Made by a program: the position numbers and the translations under genes
Shown here: positions 25,830 to 34,680 of the stretch, in pieces
Position numbering within the stretch: the stretch's first letter is position 1
How the letters are laid out: the number at the start of each line of letters is the position of its first letter
Origin: Acinetobacter phage ABPH49
Strand: one strand, 5' to 3'
Sequence record: MH533020.1
DNA length: 64,000 bases
Notes under the pieces: generated by a model
Seen by the model: only the letters and a program-made list of their open reading frames with translations
Databases searched by the model: none
What the model was told of the DNA's origin: nothing

Positions 25830-26277
25830 GGTGTGTAAGAAGTGCGGGGCTGAAAAGCCCCTCACTGACTTTTACCGCCACAGTGGAATGCTTGATGGGT
25901 TCTTAAACCACTGCAAGTCGTGCGTCAAGTCTCGGGTTAAGAATCACCGGGATGAGAACATAATGGAAGTTCGACAAAAAGATCAGGAAAGGGCTGCGAG
26001 AAGGGATATGGTTGCAGCTACCAAATCAGGAAAGAAGTATCGTCAGCGAAACCCAGAGAAATACAGGGCACACACGGCGGTAGGTAATGCAGTTAGGGAT
26101 GGAACCCTTATTAAACCTACCAATTGTGAGAGGTGTGGGTCTGGAGGCAGGATTACCGGACACCACCACTCTTACGCTGAAGAATTCCATCTTGACGTAC
26201 TGTGGTTATGCTATCCTTGCCACTCGGCAGAGCATAAAAGGTTAAACCTTCTGGGGATTGACCCAGACAATGGTTGA
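25798..26277 (+). CDS. HNH homing endonuclease (zinc-ribbon N-terminus + HNH), overlapping the primase-helicase 3' end
   Basis: CKKCGAEKPLTDFY...CKSC zinc ribbon. ERCGSGGRITGHHHSYAEEFHLDVLWLCYPCHSAEH, an HNH motif with CxxC...CxxCH. AGA/AGG-rich codon usage unlike its neighbours. Paralog of the 47840-48283 gene. Confidence 0.75.
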   Translation: MTTTMTPARSKVCKKCGAEKPLTDFYRHSGMLDGFLNHCKSCVKSRVKNHRDENIMEVRQKDQERAARRDMVAATKSGKKYRQRNPEKYRAHTAVGNAVRDGTLIKPTNCERCGSGGRITGHHHSYAEEFHLDVLWLCYPCHSAEHKRLNLLGIDPDNG

Positions 26278-26283
26278 CTTTTC

Positions 26284-26317
26284 CAAAGGGGTGGCGTAAG
26301 CTGCCCCTTAGTTTTAT
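26284..26317 (+). terminator. Hairpin AAGGGG-tggcgtaagctg-CCCCTT + AGTTTTA
   Basis: Seen directly after the HNH gene. Confidence 0.45.
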
Positions 26318-26331
26318 CCACGGAGGACAAG

Positions 26332-26496
26332 ATGAAGAAGAAATATATCATTTTTGGAAGGATGGGTGTTGACTATGACTGGCATCAGGTCGGCACCGTG
26401 TATGCTGAGTTCTTGGACCAGCGCATGAAGCACTATTACAAAACATGGCGACAGCTGAAAACTGAGGAGATTACGTATGACCGTGATGAAGGGTAA
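26332..26496 (+). CDS. Small protein (54 aa, MKKKYIIFGRMGVDYDWHQVG...)
   Basis: Not in the ORF track. GGAGG RBS 5 nt upstream of the ATG at 26332; overlaps the start of the next gene. Confidence 0.4.
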   Translation: MKKKYIIFGRMGVDYDWHQVGTVYAEFLDQRMKHYYKTWRQLKTEEITYDRDEG

Positions 26497-26863
26497 AGAA
26501 GAACTGGGCGTTCTGTTGGAAGACGGAAAGAAGTACGCGCGAATTGTCGGAGCGATCGGTCAGGCTGCTGACCTCCACATTGGGTCCGGTAAGGCAGAAG
26601 ACGCTGAGTCAATCATCACCTTCGCCCAGCTGATAAATGACACCTCTGGGTTGCTGGAAACCCTCGTCTCCGAGTTGGATAAAACCCGACAGGCAGCGGA
26701 TGCACGTCTGGAGTGTGTCCAGATTTATCACCGCCGCCAGCAATACATCACCAATATTGCTGCAAAATACCCTGATCTGCCTGTAAGCGAGGTCATGGAG
26801 ATGACGCGTCAGTACATGATCCGAACAAATAAAGAGGTTGCCGATGGCGCAGAGTCGGCATGA
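26477..26863 (+). CDS. Hypothetical protein (128 aa)
   Basis: GAGGAG RBS. Confidence 0.55.
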   Translation: MTVMKGKEELGVLLEDGKKYARIVGAIGQAADLHIGSGKAEDAESIITFAQLINDTSGLLETLVSELDKTRQAADARLECVQIYHRRQQYITNIAAKYPDLPVSEVMEMTRQYMIRTNKEVADGAESA

Positions 26864-27044
26864 ATTGATTGCGATGGGTATTCGCATGGCTATGGATGTT
26901 GTCCAGCAGGCTCGGGATAACATCTGCGCCGGTGGCGATGCAACATCTCGCCAGTACGAAGAGTCCATCGTAGGGCCGTATCTCGATGGGGTACACGACG
27001 AGTTGAACGACATAGCAAGTGACCTGCATAAAAAGGGAGAGTAG
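26844..27044 (+). CDS. Hypothetical protein (66 aa)
   Basis: AGAGG RBS; overlaps the previous gene's 3' end. Confidence 0.45.
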   Translation: MAQSRHELIAMGIRMAMDVVQQARDNICAGGDATSRQYEESIVGPYLDGVHDELNDIASDLHKKGE

Positions 27045-27046
27045 TG

Positions 27047-27331
27047 ATGGCAAGAATAACAAGACCAAAAGACCGTATCGCACACCTCACCGATGAGGCG
27101 ATAAAAGAGGCTTTCGAGGGGACAAACTTTGGCCGCGAGGATTACGATGTGATCTTGGCCGAGGTTGTTGTCAAGCGTGCCGCCGGGTATTGGTGCGGAC
27201 ACACCGCAACCTACCTCGCCGAGAAACTGGGCCTGATCTCACCTAAGACCCACAACCCGACAAAAGCTGGTTATGAGTGGGCCTGCGAAGTGTTCTATTC
27301 CCGCCGGGAGAGAAAGGGGGCGACTTCATGA
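27047..27331 (+). CDS. Hypothetical protein (94 aa)
   Basis: GGGAGAG RBS. Confidence 0.55.
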   Translation: MARITRPKDRIAHLTDEAIKEAFEGTNFGREDYDVILAEVVVKRAAGYWCGHTATYLAEKLGLISPKTHNPTKAGYEWACEVFYSRRERKGATS

Positions 27332-27633
27332 CAAAATTCAAAGGAACCAAAGGGCCTTGGGAGGCATTCGTCGGGCATGGTGGGTTGACACTCGCAATCC
27401 ACACTCCCGGGGACAGAGGCTGCGATAATGTTGTGGGGTGGATGGGTTTCGACAGTATTGACGAAACAGCCAAGGTCAAGGTTGCGAATGCAAGACTGAT
27501 AGCTGCCGCCCCAGAGCTGCTTGAGGTACTGGAATCAATAATCTCTTGCCAAGAAAACAATGGTGCCATTTCGGCAGCGCACCTAATCGCTGCGAAGGCT
27601 GTTGTACGTAAAGCTCTTACTCAAAGAGGTTGA
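27328..27633 (+). CDS. Hypothetical protein (101 aa)
   Basis: AAGGGGG RBS; ATGA overlap. Confidence 0.55.
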   Translation: MTKFKGTKGPWEAFVGHGGLTLAIHTPGDRGCDNVVGWMGFDSIDETAKVKVANARLIAAAPELLEVLESIISCQENNGAISAAHLIAAKAVVRKALTQRG

Positions 27634-27634
27634 C

Positions 27635-27901
27635 ATGTACAGAAATGAAGACGAATGCCTTGCTGCGGGGCTTGACCCCAAAGAGGTAGAGAAAATTGCC
27701 AGAGGTCTGAGCCGCTATGGAAAGATGGCGAAGGATCTGGGAATCTCTGTTTTCGGTGGGTCTGGGTCGGGATCTTTGCGATTCAACCAGATGAACGGAA
27801 AGCCAGAGCTTATTGTTGCCGACCTCGTCGGTGGCATTTTTGACGGCGGAGACGGGGCAACGGATTACGATTCTGATGGCCTGCGACGCGGAGAGATGTA
27901 A
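27635..27901 (+). CDS. Hypothetical Gly-rich protein (88 aa)
   Basis: AAGAGG RBS. Confidence 0.55.
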   Translation: MYRNEDECLAAGLDPKEVEKIARGLSRYGKMAKDLGISVFGGSGSGSLRFNQMNGKPELIVADLVGGIFDGGDGATDYDSDGLRRGEM

Positions 27902-27910
27902 GGAGAGTGA

Positions 27911-30583
27911 ATGAAGGGGTTGTTCATTGGAGATCTGGAGGCCAACGGCCTGCTGGATGAATTGACTCACTTCCACTGTGTCCTGTTCAAAGAGTACGAG
28001 AAGGAGAACTACCACCTTTTCCTGAACAAGGCGCATGAGGAATTTGAGTCTGCATTGGCTTATGCCGAGGACAGGGCAAATGTGCCCGGCACCAACCTGA
28101 CCGTGTATGATTTCACGGAATTGAACACATGGTTTGTTACTTGTCCAAGATCAATCGCGATCCACAACCTGTTTGGTTACGACCTGCGGGCGATGAAGAT
28201 GTTGTACAACACAGAGTACGATATGTTCAAGGATCCGAAGTGCATGGGCACCATCAACGGGAAGCAGGTGAACCTGTTCGACACGCTGTCTATGTCGAGA
28301 ACCCTGTTCCCTGACCGACCGCTACCACGTGGTTGCCCTGACCAGATGAAAAACCCGGTCACCGGCAAGATGAAAAAGATGGGTCCTCACGGTCTGGAAG
28401 CTTGGGGTCTGCGAGTAGCCAACCTGAAGCCGTCGATCGAGGACTGGCGTGACCTCCCGCTGTGGAAATACGTTGACCGTGTTTGGGAAGACGTAACCAT
28501 CAACGAATTGGTGTGGACTGCACTGATCGCTGAGACACGGAGCGATAACACCCCGGAAGACAAGCGCTTCTATTACGACGAGGTCCCAGACCCGAAACGT
28601 ATGAAGCTGATCAACTGGAAAAACGCCCTGCGTCGTGGTATGTTGACCGACTACCTGATGGTTGAGCAGGAAATCCAAGGGGTCGTGTTCGATATCGAGA
28701 AGGCCTTGAAGCTTCGCGATGTGATCGACGCCCTGATGCGGGACATTGAGGAGGACGTTGAGCCGAAACTTCCGATGAAGGAAATGACGGCATCCGCCCG
28801 GCCAAACTTCCCGGCCAGCCCGTTCAAGGCTGATGGCACTATCTCGGGCAATGGTTGGAAATGGTTGGAACGTCTCGGGTATAAAGTCGATTGGGACGCA
28901 CTGAACTTCAAAGGCCCACCGGCCAAGGCATTCAAGGCTGATGGATCGCTGAGTGCATCAGGCATCAAGTATTGTAATGAGCACGGGATTGAAGATGAGG
29001 ATGTGATGCCTAACTTCATCCGTAATCAGAACAAGCGTGGTGAAAACCTGTCGCCGCTCCCGGCAGACCAGTTGGAAAAAGCACATCAGGATCTTCGTGA
29101 CAAGAAAGAACCTGACTTCCTGATCCCGATGCGAATTGGTAACCAAGACGACATCAAGAAATACCTGATCAGGGACGCTGGGTGGAAGCCTACGCTGTGG
29201 CGAACCAACGACGTAACCAAGGACCAGTTCAAGAAACAGCGTCCAGACAGTGACGTTGACGCGCTGGTTAAGCTGTACATCCAGAAACTGGACGAGTCGG
29301 AGTACCGAGATCTGATCCTGAACAACATTGGTTTCCCGTTGTCTAAGTTCAAGAACCCGGATCAGGCTTACAAGTTCTTCCGCAAGAAAGCGCGGCAGTT
29401 GCCTTCCTCGCCGAAGCTGAAGGATGAGCGTGGGGAGTTGTGTCCAAACCTCGAGAAGATCGATGGTGAGCTGGCAAAACAGATCGTTAAGTGGCTGTCT
29501 TCACGTAACCGCCGTTCTGTTCTTGACCCGCTGAAAGAGGACAAGGTTGATACCGGCTGGCTGAACCACCCACGACTGAAGATCGATGGTAAACTCCCGG
29601 CCAGATTCTCGGGGATTACCAACACCGGACGTCGTAAGCACACGATCGTAGCCAACGTTCCGAAGCCGGATCCGAAGGTTCTCTTCGGTTACGAGATGCG
29701 TGAGTTGTTTACGGTACCAAAAGGCCATTATCAGGTTGGTATCGACGGTTCTAACCTCGAGGGGATGATCGCCGCATGGGGCGCTTATGAGTTCGATGGT
29801 GGTGAATACCTGCGGATCATGGAGTCCGGTGACGCCCACGCCCGAAATGCCGAGGCATACTCGAAGGCAGCTGGGGTTACGGTAACACGTAACGGCGGTA
29901 AGAGCATCACCTACGGCATCATGTATGGTGCACAGGCCGCGAAGATTGCAGCGATGTTGGGCATATCCTTGGAGAAAGCACAGGCTGTAATCGACGCATT
30001 CTGGGACAGCAACATCGGGTTGAAAGGTCGTAAAGAGGCCCTCGAGAAGTTCTGGGAGTCGAATGGTAAGCGCTTCATCTACGGTCTGGACGGTCGTAAA
30101 ATCTACACCCGCTCCAAGCACAGCCTGTTGAACGCCTACCAGCAGAACGGCGGCGCAAGCCTGTTCGACCTTGTTGGTATCCTGCTGCACAACCAGCTGG
30201 TCAAGAAGGGTTGGTACGATCAGGGTGTTCGTCGGACGATTTACTATCACGATGAATACCAGCTTCAGGTTCCAAACAGCTTCAAAAAGGTGTGGGAGTT
30301 CGACACGCTGGAACAAGCAGATGCGTTCGTTGCAGACATGACGAGCAAGAAGCGTGTTCTGGATGGTCACGACTACAAGAAGCAGTGCAAGGATGAGAAC
30401 GGCGACAAGATCAAGGGTAAGTTCGACCCAATCTTGAACGCCAGAGGGAAGATCGAGATCGGGTACTGCCCGGTCGGCGAGATGGTTGTGAAGTGTGTTG
30501 AGCAAGCGGCACGCCTCATGAAGTCTCCAGTACACATCACCGGTGCATACCTGACGGGTATGAACTGGGGAGACTGCCACTGA
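27911..30583 (+). CDS. Family-A DNA polymerase with N-terminal 3'-5' exonuclease domain (890 aa)
   Basis: Exo I IGDLEANGL. Pol motif A GIDGSNLEGMIAA, motif B RNGGKSITYGIMYGAQAAK, motif C YYHDEYQLQV. AAGGAGAG RBS. Confidence 0.92.
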   Translation: MKGLFIGDLEANGLLDELTHFHCVLFKEYEKENYHLFLNKAHEEFESALAYAEDRANVPGTNLTVYDFTELNTWFVTCPRSIAIHNLFGYDLRAMKMLYNTEYDMFKDPKCMGTINGKQVNLFDTLSMSRTLFPDRPLPRGCPDQMKNPVTGKMKKMGPHGLEAWGLRVANLKPSIEDWRDLPLWKYVDRVWEDVTINELVWTALIAETRSDNTPEDKRFYYDEVPDPKRMKLINWKNALRRGMLTDYLMVEQEIQGVVFDIEKALKLRDVIDALMRDIEEDVEPKLPMKEMTASARPNFPASPFKADGTISGNGWKWLERLGYKVDWDALNFKGPPAKAFKADGSLSASGIKYCNEHGIEDEDVMPNFIRNQNKRGENLSPLPADQLEKAHQDLRDKKEPDFLIPMRIGNQDDIKKYLIRDAGWKPTLWRTNDVTKDQFKKQRPDSDVDALVKLYIQKLDESEYRDLILNNIGFPLSKFKNPDQAYKFFRKKARQLPSSPKLKDERGELCPNLEKIDGELAKQIVKWLSSRNRRSVLDPLKEDKVDTGWLNHPRLKIDGKLPARFSGITNTGRRKHTIVANVPKPDPKVLFGYEMRELFTVPKGHYQVGIDGSNLEGMIAAWGAYEFDGGEYLRIMESGDAHARNAEAYSKAAGVTVTRNGGKSITYGIMYGAQAAKIAAMLGISLEKAQAVIDAFWDSNIGLKGRKEALEKFWESNGKRFIYGLDGRKIYTRSKHSLLNAYQQNGGASLFDLVGILLHNQLVKKGWYDQGVRRTIYYHDEYQLQVPNSFKKVWEFDTLEQADAFVADMTSKKRVLDGHDYKKQCKDENGDKIKGKFDPILNARGKIEIGYCPVGEMVVKCVEQAARLMKSPVHITGAYLTGMNWGDCH

Positions 30584-30585
30584 CC

Positions 30586-30617
30586 ACAAGGCCACCTTCG
30601 GGTGGCCTTTTCTATTT
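30586..30617 (+). terminator. Strong intrinsic terminator AAGGCCACC-TTCG-GGTGGCCTT + TTCTATTT
   Basis: UUCG-tetraloop hairpin. The GCCACCTTCGGGTGGC core is identical to the terminator at 32655. Confidence 0.7.
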
Positions 30618-30644
30618 GCATCGTAAAACAGATGGTGATATACT
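30616..30644 (+). promoter_or_regulatory. Sigma-70-like promoter TTGCAT-N17-TATACT
   Basis: Seen directly, immediately after the terminator and ahead of the AT-rich island. Confidence 0.5.
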
Positions 30645-30668
30645 GCACGAAACTTTAAAGGGGCTATT

Positions 30669-31226
30669 GTGAACTATTCAGATTTTCCAGATATTCAGCA
30701 AGATGAGTGGAGCTTGACAAGACCTACGTTCCCAACGCCAAAGGGTGGGGATTTAACGGTTGTTGGGTGGTCGGGCAGGGTAGGTAGGATAGGTGCACAT
30801 AAAGCCTATATCGTGGAGTGCAGTGAATGTAAAAAGGATCCATGCTTGCATGGGGGTGGCGTTTTTAAAATCTCTAAACAAGGCCTCAGCAAAGGGGGAA
30901 TACCCTGCGGCTGTGCAAGAAGGGTGTATTGGACACCAGAGCAATATAAGGTGTTGATCGAAAGAATCCTGAATGGGAGCGAATTAAAATTTTTAGGCTT
31001 CGTAGATAACAATGTGGAAAATGGGAACAAGACAAAGGTGAGGGTATTTTGTCAAAAACATGGTGAGTGTAACAAAACTTCGATAAGACAAGCTCTGAGA
31101 TCAGGAATAAGTTGCCCTTCGTGCACTGCCGATAGGCTGGTGAAAATAATTAATCTCAAAAAGTCATCTCGCCACGCCGGATTGCGAAAGATATTTTGGA
31201 AGCCTCCCCAAAAAGCTATACTTTGA
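30669..31226 (+). CDS. Zinc-finger endonuclease-like protein (185 aa; GTG start)
   Basis: ECSECKKD...PCGCARR...FCQKHGEC...ISCPSCTA Cys clusters. Paralogous to the N-terminal half of the 31259-31924 product. AAAGGGG RBS. Confidence 0.5.
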   Translation: MNYSDFPDIQQDEWSLTRPTFPTPKGGDLTVVGWSGRVGRIGAHKAYIVECSECKKDPCLHGGGVFKISKQGLSKGGIPCGCARRVYWTPEQYKVLIERILNGSELKFLGFVDNNVENGNKTKVRVFCQKHGECNKTSIRQALRSGISCPSCTADRLVKIINLKKSSRHAGLRKIFWKPPQKAIL

Positions 31227-31258
31227 GAACCTCAGACAAAAAGTCGGGTGGGAAGAAT

Positions 31259-31924
31259 ATGGTACAAATTGAGTGTTCGATCTGTGCAAAAGACATGTAT
31301 GCAGAGGCAGGACTTTGTGATGGGGTATTTTATACTCTTCCGAGACACTTGCTGAGAGAACCTCCGCAGCTCCCTTGTCGTTGTTCTAGAAGACCCAGTT
31401 ACACTAAAGAGCAATTGGACTACAGGGCAAAAAAGGTCTGTGAGGGGTTAGGTTATGAATTTGTTGAGTGGGTTAAAGAAATAAGGACATCAGGGAAGAT
31501 ACGTTACAGATGCAAAATCCACGGAATTCACTCAATAAGGATGAAAAATATGGTTAATGGAACAGGGTGCCCAGAGTGTGCAGGAAAAAACCAAAAACAA
31601 TGCTACATAAATACGGTATACGACAACCGTACAGCTGTAGCTATTAAGTTTGGTATCACCAAAGACAGCGACAAGAGGGTTAAACATCAGAATTACAGAA
31701 ACCTCTTCCAGATGGAACAATCTGCGGTGTACGAGTTCAAAACCGTTAAGGCGTGCAAGGATGCAGAGAAGGCCTGCAAGGGCGAGCTGAAGTGCGGGGT
31801 TCTGTCAAAGAGAGAGCTGAAGGATGGGCACTCAGAGACTGTTTCTCTGTTGGATCTGGAGAAGGTAATTGCCATTTACGAGAGATTTGGTGGTGTGAGG
31901 GTGTTGACACCAGCCAAGGAGTAG
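31259..31924 (+). CDS. Zinc-finger + T5orf172/GIY-YIG-like domain protein (putative homing endonuclease, 221 aa)
   Basis: N-terminus ECSICAKD...PCRCSRR...GCPECAG. C-terminus YINTVYDNRTAVAIKFGITKDSDKRVKHQN resembles the T5orf172/GIY-YIG-like core. Confidence 0.5.
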   Translation: MVQIECSICAKDMYAEAGLCDGVFYTLPRHLLREPPQLPCRCSRRPSYTKEQLDYRAKKVCEGLGYEFVEWVKEIRTSGKIRYRCKIHGIHSIRMKNMVNGTGCPECAGKNQKQCYINTVYDNRTAVAIKFGITKDSDKRVKHQNYRNLFQMEQSAVYEFKTVKACKDAEKACKGELKCGVLSKRELKDGHSETVSLLDLEKVIAIYERFGGVRVLTPAKE

Positions 31925-31964
31925 TCCACAATGCAGAAAATCAACCACAAGATAGGAGATTGAA

Positions 31965-32648
31965 ATGTTTAAACAGCTGATCGAACTGAAAGACAAATAC
32001 TTCCCAAGCAAAAAGTCACTGGAGCGGGAGGCCCGCAAAGAACGGACCAAAAAGGCCATCGACTACTACGAGGAGCTGTGTACCCTGACCAATAGTCTGG
32101 GGATTCCCTGTGATAGTGGGTATTATATCGAAATTGAAGATCGGTGTACTCAGCTACTCAGGAACATAATCGTCTCGGATTGCTCTGTATCGAAGCCCGG
32201 GAGCACCAAGATCTACATCGCTACCTTTGAAGAGGCATACCGGTTCAGGAACAGCTTAGAACTTCTCCTGCCGGAGCTTGACGAACCGGCGACATCGATG
32301 ATTGCAGAGATCACTGCTGCTACTGAGCGGGTGAAGCAGGGTTTGTGGTCTGAATCCGATCGCATATCCCCGATCATCAAGCGGGATGAAAATGGTTGGG
32401 TTATCTGCAAGGGGGTTGAAGATAGCGAAGTAAGTCTCGTACTTCATATTGATGACGCCCATCCACCGAAGCTGTGTAAGATCGAGGATCGTGACATGGA
32501 TAAGGATGTCACAGACCTCTCTTGGCTATCTTCTTACGAGAGACACCAGATCGGAAAAGCGATCGATGAATTCCTCTCCGAATACGACAAGGCTGATGCC
32601 CGTGAGATGCGTAAGTTCTACACCGGCGTGTACAACGGGTCAGTCTGA
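31965..32648 (+). CDS. Hypothetical protein (227 aa)
   Basis: GGAGA RBS; ORF. Confidence 0.6.
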   Translation: MFKQLIELKDKYFPSKKSLEREARKERTKKAIDYYEELCTLTNSLGIPCDSGYYIEIEDRCTQLLRNIIVSDCSVSKPGSTKIYIATFEEAYRFRNSLELLLPELDEPATSMIAEITAATERVKQGLWSESDRISPIIKRDENGWVICKGVEDSEVSLVLHIDDAHPPKLCKIEDRDMDKDVTDLSWLSSYERHQIGKAIDEFLSEYDKADAREMRKFYTGVYNGSV

Positions 32649-32654
32649 ATAAGA

Positions 32655-32684
32655 AAGCCACCTTCGGGTGGCTTTATTTTTATC
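32655..32684 (+). terminator. Strong intrinsic terminator AAGCCACC-TTCG-GGTGGCTT + TATTTTTAT
   Basis: Same hairpin core as the terminator at 30586. Confidence 0.7.
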
Positions 32685-32690
32685 TGGGGG

Positions 32691-32719
32691 TTGACTCCCG
32701 GCTTTGGGGGTGCCATAAT
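32691..32719 (+). promoter_or_regulatory. Sigma-70 promoter TTGACT-N17-CATAAT
   Basis: Seen directly; similar to the promoters at 42165 and 9945. Confidence 0.55.
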
Positions 32720-32745
32720 CTCTCCATCGAAACACAGGAGGCTAT

Positions 32746-32934
32746 ATGGTAATTTACAACAAAGAGGGTATACGGGTCCTTCAACATGACCATTTGCAAC
32801 TCTTCCACGTCCAACAATGGATGGAGGGGGATTGCCCACGGTCATACGGCCGCAGCTACGACTACCACACGGTTCTGGAAACGAGAAGTATCGAAGAGGT
32901 CAACAAGAAGGTGAAGGAGCTTTCTGATGCTTAA
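32746..32934 (+). CDS. Hypothetical protein (62 aa)
   Basis: AGGAGG RBS. Confidence 0.5.
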   Translation: MVIYNKEGIRVLQHDHLQLFHVQQWMEGDCPRSYGRSYDYHTVLETRSIEEVNKKVKELSDA

Positions 32935-33181
32935 AGAAGATTTCTTTTACCACCTTGGGCAAACGTCTCAAAAGTTTGAACCGAAGGGAATAAGAATCTC
33001 GTCGAAGTGGGAAGAGCACAAACTCTTTATTTGCGGACCTTCCAGCATCGACCCGACACTGGTGCTCGGGATTGACATCTGGCCCGCTGAGCGTACTGTG
33101 TATAAAAGTGAGAGCCGGGCATTGTTGCAGTTGAACAAGCTCCAGCGCTGGTTTAAAGAATGGGAAAAGGAGTATAAATAA
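32927..33181 (+). CDS. Hypothetical protein (84 aa)
   Basis: AAGGAG RBS. Confidence 0.55.
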   Translation: MLKEDFFYHLGQTSQKFEPKGIRISSKWEEHKLFICGPSSIDPTLVLGIDIWPAERTVYKSESRALLQLNKLQRWFKEWEKEYK

Positions 33182-33525
33182 TGAAAGTTGGCGATATTGT
33201 TGTTCTGAAGAGTGGCGGACCTAACATGGTGATCAGTGCCCTCAACAACCGAGGGTCTGCTGAAGGTAAGCAAGGTACTGCGATCTGTAACTGGATGCAT
33301 GAGGGTAATTACCACTGCTCTGAGATACCGAAGAATGCTTTGCAGTTGTACCATGAGCCAAAGCATAACGAGACGGGGATCTTCGTCACGGCAAGCAGCC
33401 CTCACTATCGGTATGGTAGAAAGGTTGAGATGAGTGGAGACATCTCCATGTCCCAGTTTAAAGAAGCATTCTCGGATATCCTGTCTCTGGGCGCAACTTT
33501 CAGATTCTCCTCGGAGGAAGATTAA
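33181..33525 (+). CDS. DUF2158/YodC-like protein (114 aa), paralog of the 22372-22557 gene
   Basis: VGDIVVLKSGGPNMVIS motif; AAGGAG RBS. Confidence 0.55.
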   Translation: MKVGDIVVLKSGGPNMVISALNNRGSAEGKQGTAICNWMHEGNYHCSEIPKNALQLYHEPKHNETGIFVTASSPHYRYGRKVEMSGDISMSQFKEAFSDILSLGATFRFSSEED

Positions 33526-33927
33526 ATGTTAGAACTTAAAAATTGGGTGGAGTTCACGAAGAAATACCCACCGGCGGAGATCTTCTTCCAGCAGAACAAA
33601 GAAAAGCAGGAGAAGCGCTGCAAGCAGCTGTGCGAGATCCTTTTCACACTGGAGCCTACCAACAGTGATCACCCGGCGGCAAAGCTGCGCCTGATGTGGC
33701 AATGGTGGCGTGAGTTTGAGGTCCTTCTCAAGCTGGGCATCGACGACATGAAGCGCGAAGAGGTCGTCACCACGGCAGCTTGCTTCAAGCAGACGGCAAA
33801 AGATGCCATCCGGCTGATGGAAATGTATTACAAGGCTGATCAGTACCTGTGGGCGCATTATCAAACCGGCGGCATCTCTATCAAGAAGATGACCGAACTT
33901 GTCGAAAAAGAGATTGGGAGGGGTTGA
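33526..33927 (+). CDS. Hypothetical protein (133 aa)
   Basis: GGAGGAAGA RBS. Confidence 0.55.
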   Translation: MLELKNWVEFTKKYPPAEIFFQQNKEKQEKRCKQLCEILFTLEPTNSDHPAAKLRLMWQWWREFEVLLKLGIDDMKREEVVTTAACFKQTAKDAIRLMEMYYKADQYLWAHYQTGGISIKKMTELVEKEIGRG

Positions 33928-33928
33928 G

Positions 33929-34366
33929 ATGGAACATTATTTAGTTTCTCACAAAGACGGGTTCAAGGGTATTCAGGACATCATTACGATCTGCAACAAT
34001 GGCGACCTCCTTACCTATTCCAAAGAAACCCGGTGGGTGAAGTGTCACCTGTGGTCTGAAGATTACATTCGTGAGCACGGAGAGCGGATCTCCCGCTATT
34101 CGTTGAAAAGTTCAGGCATCACTCCGCCAGTCCGAGATTTTAAGGATCTGGCTTGGGAGTGGAATGAAGAGCGTCAAGAATACCATGCAGTTGCCCACAT
34201 TCAGGGCTATGTAGACCTGATTATCTTCCACGATGGGTCTGACTGGTGCCTGCATTACGAAGACCGGGACCCTAGTGAGCTAATCTTCAAAGGTGAGTTT
34301 TATCAGCTTCAAGATAAGGCCCAATCTCTTCACGAAGAGTCTTTGATGGCTGAATTCTTCGAATAA
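33929..34366 (+). CDS. Hypothetical protein (145 aa)
   Basis: GGGAGGGG RBS 5 nt before the ATG at 33929. Confidence 0.55.
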   Translation: MEHYLVSHKDGFKGIQDIITICNNGDLLTYSKETRWVKCHLWSEDYIREHGERISRYSLKSSGITPPVRDFKDLAWEWNEERQEYHAVAHIQGYVDLIIFHDGSDWCLHYEDRDPSELIFKGEFYQLQDKAQSLHEESLMAEFFE

Positions 34367-34370
34367 TCGG

Positions 34371-34408
34371 TTGACGGAAGGAAAGGGGTATGTAATAATG
34401 CCCCTATC
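34371..34408 (+). promoter_or_regulatory. Promoter-hairpin module: TTGACG-N17-(TGt)AATAAT with the -10 in the loop of stem AGGGGTAT/ATGCCCCT
   Basis: Shares the ATGTAAYAATGC loop core with the module at 13214. Confidence 0.45.
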
Positions 34409-34428
34409 TTGAAACGAGGAGTCATATT

Positions 34429-34680
34429 ATGGACATGAAGAAGCAAAAAGAAGAGCTGTCTGCAAAAAGAGTTGCCGAGATTGATCGTACCAAGCGTCAA
34501 CGTCTAAGTTTGGAGATGGTAAGGGCGCTCGTCAAGAAGGAATCCAGAAAGGGGGTTCTCTCGATGATTGAGGCAAAAAGGGCGCTCGAAGCGATCGACA
34601 AGTTGGACCACCACACGATGGTTGTTCTGTCACAACAGCAGGAAAATCACCGTATTCGGGAGAAGCGTAATGGAAAATAA
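34429..34680 (+). CDS. Hypothetical basic coiled-coil protein (83 aa)
   Basis: GAGGAG RBS. Confidence 0.55.
   Translation: MDMKKQKEELSAKRVAEIDRTKRQRLSLEMVRALVKKESRKGVLSMIEAKRALEAIDKLDHHTMVVLSQQQENHRIREKRNGK

Larger units (their letters stand above)
30660..31930 (+). mobile_element. AT-rich, atypical-codon island carrying two paralogous zinc-finger endonuclease-like genes (probable free-standing homing-endonuclease cassette)
   Basis: Local GC clearly lower than the flanks. Frequent AGA/AGG/ATA codons. Bounded by terminator/promoter modules with identical hairpin cores. Confidence 0.45.

Noticed and set aside
25798-26277. A group I intron carrying the HNH genes.
   Set aside because: The HNH ORFs are free-standing and overlap the 3' ends of the host genes. 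The host ORFs are uninterrupted and no intron-core-like structured RNA is evident.
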